Shown one piece after another: positions 1-7,889 of a DNA stretch of 20,000 nucleotides. Made by a program: the position numbers and the translations under genes. The notes below the pieces were generated by a model. The model had not been told where the DNA came from and made no database searches. It worked only from the letters and a program-made list of their open reading frames with translations. Every line of letters begins with the position of its first letter. The stretch's first letter is position 1. Source of the DNA: an uncultured virus (IMG/VR IMGVR_UViG_3300002231_000753). Taxonomy: Duplodnaviria; Heunggongvirae; Uroviricota; Caudoviricetes; Schitoviridae. Location: IMG/VR virus record IMGVR_UViG_3300002231_000753, positions 56,094 to 76,093 of that record; one strand, given 5' to 3'.

Positions 1-331
1 TATTAATTACATGATCTGCTGCTTCATTAAAAATCTCAGGATCTCTAATACCAGTTCGACACATATGTTGTAAAGCTACGTGCATTACTTCATGACAAAT
101 TAATCCAACTCTTTCATCTGGACTTAGTTGTAAAAACCAGTCCGGGTTAATAACCATATCGATACCATTAGTACCGGCAGAAGGAATAGAATCATCCCAT
201 GCATACTTAAGCGAGAATGCTATGGATATATAAAAGGCAGTGTTAGACATCTGCATCAAATTAATTTTGGCTTTACTTAAAGCTTTATTGGCTTTTGTAT
301 AATCTCTTTGTACTACGGGTGCTTCTGACAT
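1..331 (-). CDS. HEXXH metallopeptidase-like N-terminal domain of an N4 gp25-like / DUF2201-VWA protein (5' part, runs off the window)
   Basis: Not in the ORF track. Manual translation from ATG at 331: MSEAPVVQRDYTKANKALSKAKINLMQMSNTAFYISIAFSLKYAWDDSIPSAGTNGIDMVINPDWFLQLSPDERVGLICHEVMHVALQHMCRTGIRDPEIFNEAADHVIN. It has the A-x-T-N-G, HEVMH and N-x-A-x-D-x-x-I-N motifs typical of this family, the usual partner of the MoxR ATPase. Confidence 0.85.
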   Translation of the reverse strand, partial: MSEAPVVQRDYTKANKALSKAKINLMQMSNTAFYISIAFSLKYAWDDSIPSAGTNGIDMVINPDWFLQLSPDERVGLICHEVMHVALQHMCRTGIRDPEIFNEAADHVIN

Positions 332-609
332 AATTCTTTTTCCTTTTGTAAAATTTCAGATAGTTGTTTTAATGTGTTTTCGTATGTATTAGTTCCGTTA
401 GAAGGTATAATGACTCCATCACATATATCGCGAGTATCATCAAAAATAATAAATTGACTTTGTTTTTTGTGATTATAGTGTCCTGAAAATACATACGCCC
501 TTATGACAAGGGAATTGTCGATATTAGTGTATCGATAAATATGAGGTTTGTGGGGCATTAAAGTAAAACCCATCAACGATAAATTAGTTATATATTCTTC
601 TCTATTCAT
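313..609 (-). CDS. Paralogue-array protein (98 aa)
   Basis: N-terminus MNREEYITNLSLMGF, C-terminal helix TYENTLKQLSEIL. Overlaps neighbouring genes. Confidence 0.8.
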   Translation of the reverse strand: MNREEYITNLSLMGFTLMPHKPHIYRYTNIDNSLVIRAYVFSGHYNHKKQSQFIIFDDTRDICDGVIIPSNGTNTYENTLKQLSEILQKEKELCQKHP

Positions 610-908
610 TATGGATTCAACCTAATTAAATTATCGATAGTCTCTATGGCATCTTTATAAGTTGTCCATACGTTATGTGAGTATGCTCTAATACGCGTTC
701 GAGTATCTATATCAGGATTTTCTAAAGATACTGATACAGGGCATTGATCCTGAAATTTATCTTCGGTTTCTACGTAGATAATTATTTTCTTATTAGTTTT
801 AAGTTTGATTATGTATTTTTCCACACTACCAAATACTGCTGAATCATTTGTAGATACTTTAGTTGCACTGAGGATAGTTATGTTAAGTAAAAATTTATCT
901 TTGTTCAT
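609..908 (-). CDS. Paralogue-array protein (99 aa)
   Basis: MNKDKFLLNITILSA ... TYKDAIETIDNLIR. Confidence 0.8.
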   Translation of the reverse strand: MNKDKFLLNITILSATKVSTNDSAVFGSVEKYIIKLKTNKKIIIYVETEDKFQDQCPVSVSLENPDIDTRTRIRAYSHNVWTTYKDAIETIDNLIRLNP

Positions 909-1201
909 GACAACTCTTTTAAATATTTATCTATAGCTTCCATAGATTCAGCATAATTTACCCATATTTTATGAGTTAAACTTGAGTATGATTCACTATA
1001 TATCCCTATTCTTACTGGCTTTTTATCGAAAGGATCTTCTTCAACGATTTCAACATAAATATCTTTTCCATTAGGTACAGGTATTACATAGGACATATTA
1101 CATATATGATTAAGCCTTATAGCCTGATTATGGCTATATTCGCAGGTAGCATTCTTAGCACCAAGAATAATTATATTAGCTATAAAAGTATCTCTATCCA
1201 T
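905..1201 (-). CDS. Paralogue-array protein (98 aa)
   Basis: MDRDTFIANIIILGA ... NYAESMEAIDKYLK. Closest to 609..908 (shared PV-x-[IV] and H-x-[IV]-W). Confidence 0.8.
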   Translation of the reverse strand: MDRDTFIANIIILGAKNATCEYSHNQAIRLNHICNMSYVIPVPNGKDIYVEIVEEDPFDKKPVRIGIYSESYSSLTHKIWVNYAESMEAIDKYLKELS

Positions 1202-1493
1202 TTTTAGTTAACTCTTTAGCAACAGCATCTAATATTTTTTCATAAGAAGGGAATTCATTAGGATTATCTGCGACTATATCTGTACTCCACGTATCAGGAT
1301 ACTGAACAGTTACTTTTCTTTTAGGGGGCGTAATATTATCTAAGTATACTGTGTGTTTGATAATTAAATTGGTTGATCCCCTAGACCAAAATAATTCTAA
1401 AACATTAGTTTTGTCATAGGCTTTAAATGATTGTTCACCTAAATATTTATATCCTAGTATCAGTAAATTGGTTTTGAATGTTTTGAAGTTCAT
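1194..1493 (-). CDS. Paralogue-array protein (99 aa)
   Basis: MNFKTFKTNLLILGY ... SYEKILDAVAKEL. Confidence 0.8.
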   Translation of the reverse strand: MNFKTFKTNLLILGYKYLGEQSFKAYDKTNVLELFWSRGSTNLIIKHTVYLDNITPPKRKVTVQYPDTWSTDIVADNPNEFPSYEKILDAVAKELTKNG

Positions 1494-1783
1494 CGTCTAT
1501 AAATCTCAATATGCCTTTAAAAGAAGTACCTAAAATTCCAAACTTTTCTCTGGGGTACACCATAACTGAAGGCCCATTAGGATCATCACTCATTAAGCAA
1601 CTAATGTTGTATGTAATTCCAGGCATACTCTTATCAGTAATATGGAATTCTAAATTGAATTCAAAGTTTTGTTTACGCCAGACAAAATATTTAAATTTAT
1701 CTACCAGATTACCGTCTGTCGCATCTTCTACTAATTTGAAATCCATTAATAACATATTAGTTTTGAATTCGTTGTAAGGTCAT
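1447..1783 (-). CDS. Paralogue-array protein, true start probably 1783 with a +1 frameshift
   Basis: Track ORF 1447..1755. Removing one base at ~1776 (gtaaggt to gtaggt) gives MTYNEFKTNMLLMDF from ATG 1783, which is preceded by GGAG. C-terminus SFKGILRFIDDEL. Confidence 0.7.
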
Positions 1784-1868
1784 GCTGTCTCCCCNCAATA
1801 TATCTATCCACTCTTTTAAGTACTTCATCGTAGTTAGGACATTTGTACGTAGTTGCTTCATAAGTCAT
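1780..1868 (-). pseudogene. Internally deleted remnant of an array paralogue (~29 codons)
   Basis: ATG 1868 gives MTYEATTYKCPNYDEVLKRVDRYI: the family start (MTYE) joined to the family C-terminal helix (Y-x-x-x-L-x-x-[IV]-D). The 3' end is uncertain because of the N at 1795. Confidence 0.5.
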
Positions 1869-2413
1869 CTTCTTTGGCATCGGGAATCTCATTTAATAAG
1901 TAATGGAAATGTTCCATTACTTTTTTAGTAGAAGTTGCTTTATAGGTAGTAAAATTTCTACTACTTATTTTATCAATTGTGGTTGAATGAAGTATAATTT
2001 CCGTAAATGGCCAAAAAGAATAATTAAACATGCTGACAATAATAATATAGCTAAACCCATCTACTTTTTTCGTATACTTATAAGTGTGCTGACGTGTAGA
2101 TTCCTCTTCTACCTCTAAACCTAAAATAAATAACTCAAACTTAATTCTTTTAAAGCGTAGTTCTTTTCTCTTGAGTAAGTTTGTTAATTTCTTCCATAAT
2201 GCCTTTATAAGAGTCAAACCATTTTCCTCCAATAGTTCCGCCTAAACAGTATCCACCATACTCACTTACATAAGTTCGAAAGGTTAAATCAGATCTACCG
2301 CTGTTATCACGCCATTCTGTATATTCAGCAAGATGGGGTATATCTGCATCTTCTTTATTTACTGGAAGTATATTTAATAGAAATAGATTGGCTTTAAATT
2401 CATTGAACGTCAT
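1858..2413 (-). CDS. Two array domains, possibly one two-domain protein split by a frameshift (track ORFs 2150..2413 and 1858..2232)
   Basis: First unit MTFNEFKANLFLLNI...SYKGIMEEINKL. Second unit FKRIKFELFILGL... has no nearby ATG. Deleting one A from GAGAAAAGAA (~2165) fuses them as ...QEKELRFKRIKFELFILGL. Confidence 0.65.
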
Positions 2414-2711
2414 ATTTAATATAACCTGTTAAGTGTTCTAGCATGTGGGAATAAGAATGAGTTTTTGTTAATATTTTACCTGTAGATCTTACGACTAAAG
2501 TCATAGAACCATCAGGTAAAAAACGAATCTGAAGAGAGTATCCTTCATTTACAAATACCGTATAAGAACTGACATCTAAGTTGGAATGATTTAGTTCATA
2601 CAGTAATGTTGCATTATCCTGATATAAATACTGTAAATATTCCTTAGGGCCAGTCTCTTTTATACGGAAGCCTAGGATAATTAGATTGGCTTTAAATTGT
2701 TTTCTGTTCAT
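2400..2711 (-). CDS. Paralogue-array protein (103 aa)
   Basis: MNRKQFKANLIILGF ... SYSHMLEHLTGYIKYD. Confidence 0.85.
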   Translation of the reverse strand: MNRKQFKANLIILGFRIKETGPKEYLQYLYQDNATLLYELNHSNLDVSSYTVFVNEGYSLQIRFLPDGSMTLVVRSTGKILTKTHSYSHMLEHLTGYIKYDVQ

Positions 2712-2958
2712 GTTTAATTAACTCATCTATCCATTCAAGAGCATCTTCATGAAAAATCATGCATCTACTTGTAGGCGTATTTTTTACAGATATAGGTTGT
2801 ACAGTTACATCTGCAGTACCGTTCCTATATATATCTATAGTTATTATGATGGATTCATGCAGTTCATTACGTATATACCTTTGACCATTTTTATAATGTG
2901 AAAGAGCTTTAGTAAATTTTAATAATACTAAATTACTTATAAATTCTTTACGCGTCAT
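2692..2958 (-). CDS. Paralogue-array protein (88 aa)
   Basis: MTRKEFISNLVLLKF ... HEDALEWIDELIK. Confidence 0.85.
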   Translation of the reverse strand: MTRKEFISNLVLLKFTKALSHYKNGQRYIRNELHESIIITIDIYRNGTADVTVQPISVKNTPTSRCMIFHEDALEWIDELIKHEQKTI

Positions 2959-3196
2959 TGTATGCCTTTATGATTTCATCTATTTTATTGACAGCTTTCT
3001 GGAAAGTAGGCATTTCGTTACGAATTACTCTGATATAGCCATTTTCCCTTATACGTATATCAATGCCTTCAGTTAAAACTCGTACATAGATGCTATAGTG
3101 CGATGTATCTAAGTCATACCAAGTCCTATCTGAATAGGCTTTATTTAATTTAAAGCCAAGGATCATTAAATTGGATATGAACTGCTCTTTATTCAT
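2948..3196 (-). CDS. Paralogue-array protein (82 aa)
   Basis: MNKEQFISNLMILGF ... TFQKAVNKIDEIIK. Confidence 0.85.
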   Translation of the reverse strand: MNKEQFISNLMILGFKLNKAYSDRTWYDLDTSHYSIYVRVLTEGIDIRIRENGYIRVIRNEMPTFQKAVNKIDEIIKAYNDA

Positions 3197-3425
3197 CTTT
3201 AATAAGCTTATCGATTATTCTTAGTCCAGCCATATAAGGTAAGCTAGTGTATCCATCATATTCTTCGTAAAATCCTGGAACATATTTAACTACATTAATT
3301 AAAGGAGTTTGTCTGAATACAGTTACTTCAATAGAATATCTAGGAAAATCTAAATCATATTTAGTTGAAGTACGTTGCTTAAATCCCATTATCATTAGGT
3401 TAGATATAAACGCTTTTTTATTCAT
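3189..3425 (-). CDS. Paralogue-array protein (78 aa)
   Basis: MNKKAFISNLMIMGF ... PYMAGLRIIDKLIK. Confidence 0.85.
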   Translation of the reverse strand: MNKKAFISNLMIMGFKQRTSTKYDLDFPRYSIEVTVFRQTPLINVVKYVPGFYEEYDGYTSLPYMAGLRIIDKLIKDE

Positions 3426-3669
3426 TTTGTTGGGTCAACGTATCAAGTATTTTTAAGGCTTCTTCGTAGGTATTAGTAGGATAGCGAATTGAATCGCGGT
3501 GATAGAATCCGCTTTTATGGGGATAAACATCTATATCTACGCTATCGAAATCTTTCCATATAGCTACAGTTATTTTTACAGATTTAAAATCTCGTTTATA
3601 GTTATTACCATAATGCTGTTTTAATTTATGGATTAGGGTCAAATTAACTATGAATTCTTTTCGGGTCAT
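3418..3669 (-). CDS. Paralogue-array protein (83 aa)
   Basis: MTRKEFIVNLTLIHKL ... TYEEALKILDTL. Confidence 0.85.
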   Translation of the reverse strand: MTRKEFIVNLTLIHKLKQHYGNNYKRDFKSVKITVAIWKDFDSVDIDVYPHKSGFYHRDSIRYPTNTYEEALKILDTLTQQNE

Positions 3670-3922
3670 GTTTATCCATAAAACTATCTATGTCACGTAG
3701 GATTTGTTTGTATTCTTTATGTATGTATTTTTTGTTATTTGAGCCCAGAATATCGTAATAATCTACACGTATTAATTTACCAAAAAAGATTACATCAATG
3801 GCATGCTCTTTACTTAGATCTGTTTCATAAATAGGGTTAACTGAATCACTTTGAGAGTGATCTAGTTTAAATTCATTAAATCCTAAAATGATAAGATTAC
3901 TTATGAACTCTTTCTTGGTCAT
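3644..3922 (-). CDS. Paralogue-array protein (start reassigned to ATG 3922)
   Basis: MTKKEFISNLIILGF ... EYKQILRDIDSFM. Start chosen by family consensus. Confidence 0.8.
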   Translation of the reverse strand: MTKKEFISNLIILGFNEFKLDHSQSDSVNPIYETDLSKEHAIDVIFFGKLIRVDYYDILGSNNKKYIHKEYKQILRDIDSFMDKHDPKRIHS

Positions 3923-3932
3923 ATTCTTTAAT

Positions 3933-4169
3933 CTATCTATCAATATATTTCAGACCTTTCTCATATGAGATAGTATTTATATCATGCAAAAGAATTCCTG
4001 AATCTAACTCATATGAATACAGATTATAAATATGTTGTGGTTTTTCATCTGAGCATACACTTATAGATATTTGTGAATTTACTGTTTTATCGTACCATTT
4101 AGTTGTTAAATCAGCTGCCGGTTTAAATCCTAATATCAGTATATTAGTAATAAATTCTTCATAGGTCAT
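3933..4169 (-). CDS. Paralogue-array protein (78 aa)
   Basis: MTYEEFITNILILGF ... SYEKGLKYIDR. Confidence 0.85.
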   Translation of the reverse strand: MTYEEFITNILILGFKPAADLTTKWYDKTVNSQISISVCSDEKPQHIYNLYSYELDSGILLHDINTISYEKGLKYIDR

Positions 4170-4436
4170 AAGATTTAATCACCTTATCGATGTGCTCTAT
4201 AGCACTTTGAAATGAGATATTACGCCTATTATCTTTTCCCCTATTTATGGAACCTCCTGTTATATTATTATTAAAAACGACTACGTCTTACTTTGTTTTC
4301 TGATATATGTACTTCTATGTTTAAACCACGTTCAGGTAAACTTAGATCATACCAAGTATGGACTACGTCACTAGACTTAATATCTTTAATAGATCCTAAT
4401 ATAGTTAAATTAGCTATAAATATTTTTTCATTTCAT
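4159..4436 (-). CDS. Paralogue-array protein hidden by two +1 frameshifts (sequencing errors or pseudogene)
   Basis: Not in the track. Removing one A at ~4432 and one at ~4288 gives MNEKIFIANLTILGSIKDIKSSDVVHTWYDLSLPERGLNIEVHISENKVDVVVFNNNITGGSINRGKDNRRNISFQSAIEHIDKVIKSYDL*, which fits both family motifs. Confidence 0.7.
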
Positions 4437-4442
4437 AAAAAT

Positions 4443-4470
4443 AAGGGAGTACCATTAAAGTACTCCCTTT
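4443..4470 (-). terminator. Hairpin (terminator-like or processing site) between the ATPase and the array
   Basis: AGGGAGTAC-N7-GTACTCCCT followed on the minus strand by TATTTTT. Confidence 0.5.
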
Positions 4471-4489
4471 CCTTTATTAACAAAGTTCT

Positions 4490-5533
4490 TCAGTGTTTTC
4501 TGTTACCCCACTTTTGAATTTCACTGCGTTCACGTAATTCAATTCTACGGCGCATCATGTCTTGCATCGTTAATACCTGGAATTCTTTAGGCATACGATT
4601 CAATACATCCATCAATGAACCTAGAGTTTTATCATTTACATTAGCTGCAATGATTCCAGATAATGCAAAGTTTACTGAGGGCTCATTCTCATCATATTTA
4701 AAGCCTTTAGGATCATTCAGAATATCTTCAATCTTAGGTAACTTATCGAAGATCTTACAGAACGTCATAAACTCATTTGCAACACCGGTACCAAGGGTAC
4801 CAACCAAAACAGGACGTTTACTGTTTGGAATGGTAGGCCAGTCTTTAATGATACGAGAAGCAAACTCAAGCGTACGTGGGCATGAGAATGTTTTGTCATC
4901 CATATTCGAATTAAAGCTGTGAAGTGAATCAGGCTTATAAGCGATATACGAAGTAAGTCGAGTATCGATGTCATTATCTGCTGCCCAAATTAACCACTCT
5001 TTATGGCTTACTTCTAATTCAAAGTGAACCATACGTGAAGCCATAGCTGTCGATAGTTTATTTACAATGGCTTTATCAGTAATCAAGTTACCTGCTGCCA
5101 TCATAGCTACATCTTTGTGCAAATCGAATTGTCCTACTTGTCGATCCAATACTAATTTATATGCACTGGCTTGAACCATTAGAGGAGCTGAATTAATTTC
5201 ATCTAATAGTAGGAGCCATCCGCTATAAGAAGTACCATCATCCTTTTTAGGGAATGGGGTATTTTCAGTAGGGAATGTATCCATAGGCACATAACTAGCG
5301 ATATTATTTTCTCTATCAATAGAAGGAAATCCAGATAGATCAGTCGGGTCACATTGACTTAATCGTAAATCAATTACTTTTAAATTATGTGCTTTAGCTA
5401 AATCTTTAGCTATAGATGATTTACCGATACCCGGACTTGAGTGCATCATTGGCACTAAGCCAGCTCTAAGTACATCCTTCAATAGCTCAGGAGCTTGTGA
5501 AGTAGTAATAGTGGTTTTCATTGTTGCTTTCAT
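4490..5533 (-). CDS. MoxR-like AAA+ ATPase (N4 gp24-like)
   Basis: Walker A SSPGIGKS, IDLRLSQCDPTDLSGFP, Walker B LLLLDEIN, AAGN, and SRMVH (Arg finger). The last codons are probably frameshifted (KWVTENTEEL if one G is removed). Confidence 0.9.
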   Translation of the reverse strand: MKATMKTTITTSQAPELLKDVLRAGLVPMMHSSPGIGKSSIAKDLAKAHNLKVIDLRLSQCDPTDLSGFPSIDRENNIASYVPMDTFPTENTPFPKKDDGTSYSGWLLLLDEINSAPLMVQASAYKLVLDRQVGQFDLHKDVAMMAAGNLITDKAIVNKLSTAMASRMVHFELEVSHKEWLIWAADNDIDTRLTSYIAYKPDSLHSFNSNMDDKTFSCPRTLEFASRIIKDWPTIPNSKRPVLVGTLGTGVANEFMTFCKIFDKLPKIEDILNDPKGFKYDENEPSVNFALSGIIAANVNDKTLGSLMDVLNRMPKEFQVLTMQDMMRRRIELRERSEIQKWGNRKH

Positions 5534-5552
5534 TAAAATATTTCCTTTTGGT

Positions 5553-5807
5553 TTATTGTTTAAGTTGTTTAAGTTTATTTTCTATTTGATCTAAAATTTC
5601 TTTATAGGAATGAGTATCAAAGAATACATATCCACCATCCCATCTACCTCCTATAAGATATACCCTAATTTTTCCATCAATACCTCGATTTTTCCTTATA
5701 TGGATAGCTACATCTTCAATAGGACCTATTCTACTGATGTTTTTTACAGGTTTATGTAGTTTTAATCCCAGGATTAATAAATTCATTTTGAATTCTTTTT
5801 CAGTCAT
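5553..5807 (-). CDS. Array-family paralogue upstream of the ATPase
   Basis: MTEKEFKMNLLILGL ... SYKEILDQIENKLK. GGAG RBS before ATG 5807. Confidence 0.8.
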   Translation of the reverse strand: MTEKEFKMNLLILGLKLHKPVKNISRIGPIEDVAIHIRKNRGIDGKIRVYLIGGRWDGGYVFFDTHSYKEILDQIENKLKQLKQ

Positions 5808-5851
5808 GGTAATGCTCTCCACAGAAGGGTGCCGAAGGCAACCATCTATAA

Positions 5852-6433
5852 TTACCATCCAGTTAAAACGAGATAATTCTTATCCCAATCAAAAATTTTA
5901 TATAGATACATGTAATTCATTAAACCAACTTCTTTAGTCCAAGCACCTGTTATCTCATATTCAGATGTTTCTTTAAGATAGACGCCATTTTCCCATTCAC
6001 TTGTTTTACGTTTTAAATAGTTTCTAGCAGTAACTAATGCTGCTTTATTTAATTCGGTTGTATATTTATCGTAATTAACGATTTGTTCTATGCATCTCTC
6101 CAAATCTTTAGAGATTTTTGTGATATAAGCTTGTTGTTGCCATATTTCTTCATGAATTAATTTACTGAATTGTTCTTTAGTAAATATTTTAAATTCATGT
6201 TCATCAATATTTACAGGATAAAAGTTTTCGAGCTTATTTATTACTTTTTCCTGTATAGCACCATCAATCACAATTTCAAATATTCGTTCAAATTGAGGTG
6301 GCTGATAAGGTGTGTAATCATCATTTGGATGTAACAGGGTAATGCTACATGTTATTTCTTCTTCGGATGTAAACTTTGTATAAATACTTTTTTCATATTT
6401 AGGTATGCTGCCTAGATAATTACGGTATCCCAT
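5852..6433 (-). CDS. Hypothetical protein (~193 aa)
   Basis: Long ORF. Start MGYRNYLG at 6433 with an AGGAG RBS, ends ...FDWDKNYLVLTGW. Confidence 0.75.
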   Translation of the reverse strand: MGYRNYLGSIPKYEKSIYTKFTSEEEITCSITLLHPNDDYTPYQPPQFERIFEIVIDGAIQEKVINKLENFYPVNIDEHEFKIFTKEQFSKLIHEEIWQQQAYITKISKDLERCIEQIVNYDKYTTELNKAALVTARNYLKRKTSEWENGVYLKETSEYEITGAWTKEVGLMNYMYLYKIFDWDKNYLVLTGW

Positions 6434-6611
6434 CTTCTTTTCTCCTAGAAATGAGTTTAATGGTTTCATTATTTCTATGTTTTATATGACAGCTGCTATG
6501 GCTAGTAAATAATTTAGTGTAATCACTAGGCTTGCCTCCAAATTTCTCGGCTCTTTCTTTAGCACTAGGTATCAAAATTATTTCTTTACCGCAGTATGTG
6601 CATTTAGCCAT
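6420..6611 (-). CDS. Small Cys/His (putative Zn-binding) protein
   Basis: MAKCTYCG...HSSC, RBS GGGGAG before ATG 6611. Confidence 0.7.
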   Translation of the reverse strand: MAKCTYCGKEIILIPSAKERAEKFGGKPSDYTKLFTSHSSCHIKHRNNETIKLISRRKEDGIP

Positions 6612-6630
6612 ATACTCTCCCCTAAAATAA

Positions 6631-6656
6631 ATAAGCCTCCAATTAAGGAGGCTTAT
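6631..6656 (-). terminator. Intrinsic terminator-like hairpin
   Basis: ATAAGCCTCC-N6-GGAGGCTTAT followed by TTATTTT on the minus strand. Confidence 0.55.
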
Positions 6657-6800
6657 CAACTGATTATATCTCTATAGTATTTCTGTTTTAGTGCAGCATA
6701 GGATACATGGCCCAGAACCATGCCCTGGTTATACTGCTATATATGGGAGTGCTGCTCTCCCGGTGAATCATTAAAAGTATGGATAAGATCATTTCAATTC

Positions 6801-7070
6801 CTATAGAGGAGAGGCTTTACTCAAATGTCTTTGCATGTCTGCAAGTTCAGTACATTTTTTTATGTACCTTGATGTTATTTTACAATAATCACAATTAGTT
6901 GGATCGTGCATTGCTCCAGGTATCTTTGGTTGATGCTTACTGCATAGGTTTACTTTTTCTCTATCATTAAGTATTTCAGCACGTTTCTTTTCTTTGATTT
7001 TATCTAAAATAATTTCTCCTAATTCTGAGCCATACTTTATAGCCAGACATACTCTTTTAAAAATATTCAT
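6801..7070 (-). CDS. Hypothetical protein with C-x-x-H and C-x-x-C motifs
   Basis: 89 aa ORF, AGGAG RBS, CSKH...H...CDYC. Confidence 0.7.
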   Translation of the reverse strand: MNIFKRVCLAIKYGSELGEIILDKIKEKKRAEILNDREKVNLCSKHQPKIPGAMHDPTNCDYCKITSRYIKKCTELADMQRHLSKASPL

Positions 7071-7118
7071 TACTGACTCCTGTTATGAAGTAAATAGTAA
7101 AAACGACAAAATCGCGTC

Positions 7119-7505
7119 TTAGTTGCCAAAGTGCTCGACGGCCTTGGCGTAAATCTCTTTTATGGTGTCCCAGCCAACGGGCACCCTGTACGTGTAGCTC
7201 CCATTACCGCTACATACTTCGCAATCTTCATCATCTTGATCGCAAGCTGAACATTCGAGTTCAGAAACCTCAAAAAACTCACCAATCATCAAACCTTTTG
7301 CGCCGTTTTCTGCTGTTAGTTCTAATGGCATGGTGCTAAGGCCGCTTGGGATATCAAACAAAAATTTGTCTGTTGTTGTGTCTGTCCCGCCATGCTCATA
7401 ACGAATGTAGATGCCGCCCACCATACTTGGGTTTTCGCCAAGAACTTCCACAACTCGTAAATTTCCACTGGACCGGCTTTCTAAAAATAGTTTATGTTTT
7501 AACAT
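7119..7505 (-). CDS. Hypothetical protein with a Zn-finger C-terminal domain (LTAENGAK...CxxC...CxxCxGxG...PVxWxTIK type)
   Basis: 128 aa ORF, AGGAG RBS, visibly more GC-rich than its flanks. The motif is recalled from other phage accessory proteins. Confidence 0.7.
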   Translation of the reverse strand: MLKHKLFLESRSSGNLRVVEVLGENPSMVGGIYIRYEHGGTDTTTDKFLFDIPSGLSTMPLELTAENGAKGLMIGEFFEVSELECSACDQDDEDCEVCSGNGSYTYRVPVGWDTIKEIYAKAVEHFGN

Positions 7506-7889
7506 TTCATTCTCCTAATTAAATAAATATTGAATGCGATACTGCTTTTGAATTGGTGCAGTACTGCAATCGATATTTATTTAAATAAGTAAATACCCTA
7601 TATACTACATGCGTGTGTTAGGTTTGGCGTATATAGGGTATTTATTGTGTACGTCACTGTTGTAAATTGTACGATCGGTTAATTAGTTCATTGGGCTAAA
7701 TCCTCCATGTTGATTAATCCAGTATTGGCATGAGTTTTGTATAGAGTTATCAATAGAAGCCCTAAAACTGTCCTTAGACTTTAAGTGCCATTGAGTAGTA
7801 TTAAGGGTTTTGGGTACTCTTACACTTTCAGTAGAGCAATTTTAGAACTTCTATCATAACTATNATTGGCAGGNGCCGAAGGCACCCTA

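Noticed and set aside
3897..3935. Amber (TAG) recoding: the 3933..4169 frame continues past TAG as IKEYDQERVHK, matching the family C-terminus
   Set aside because: Single case. Long genes have no internal TAG, other genes end normally at TAG, and no suppressor tRNA is present. A point mutation or base error is more likely.
313..4436. CRISPR array, integron cassette array or DGR as an explanation of the repeated units
   Set aside because: The similarity is at protein level and genes overlap with no intergenic attC-like sites. There are no identical nucleotide repeats and no integrase or reverse transcriptase in the window.
313..5807. Calling the array proteins HicA toxins
   Set aside because: Only the N-terminal helix-GF pattern is similar. 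The G-S-H catalytic motif and hicB partners are absent.
6676..6753. Possible long hairpin in the 6660-6800 intergenic gap
   Set aside because: Relies heavily on G-U pairs on the non-transcribed strand and cannot be distinguished from chance without computation.
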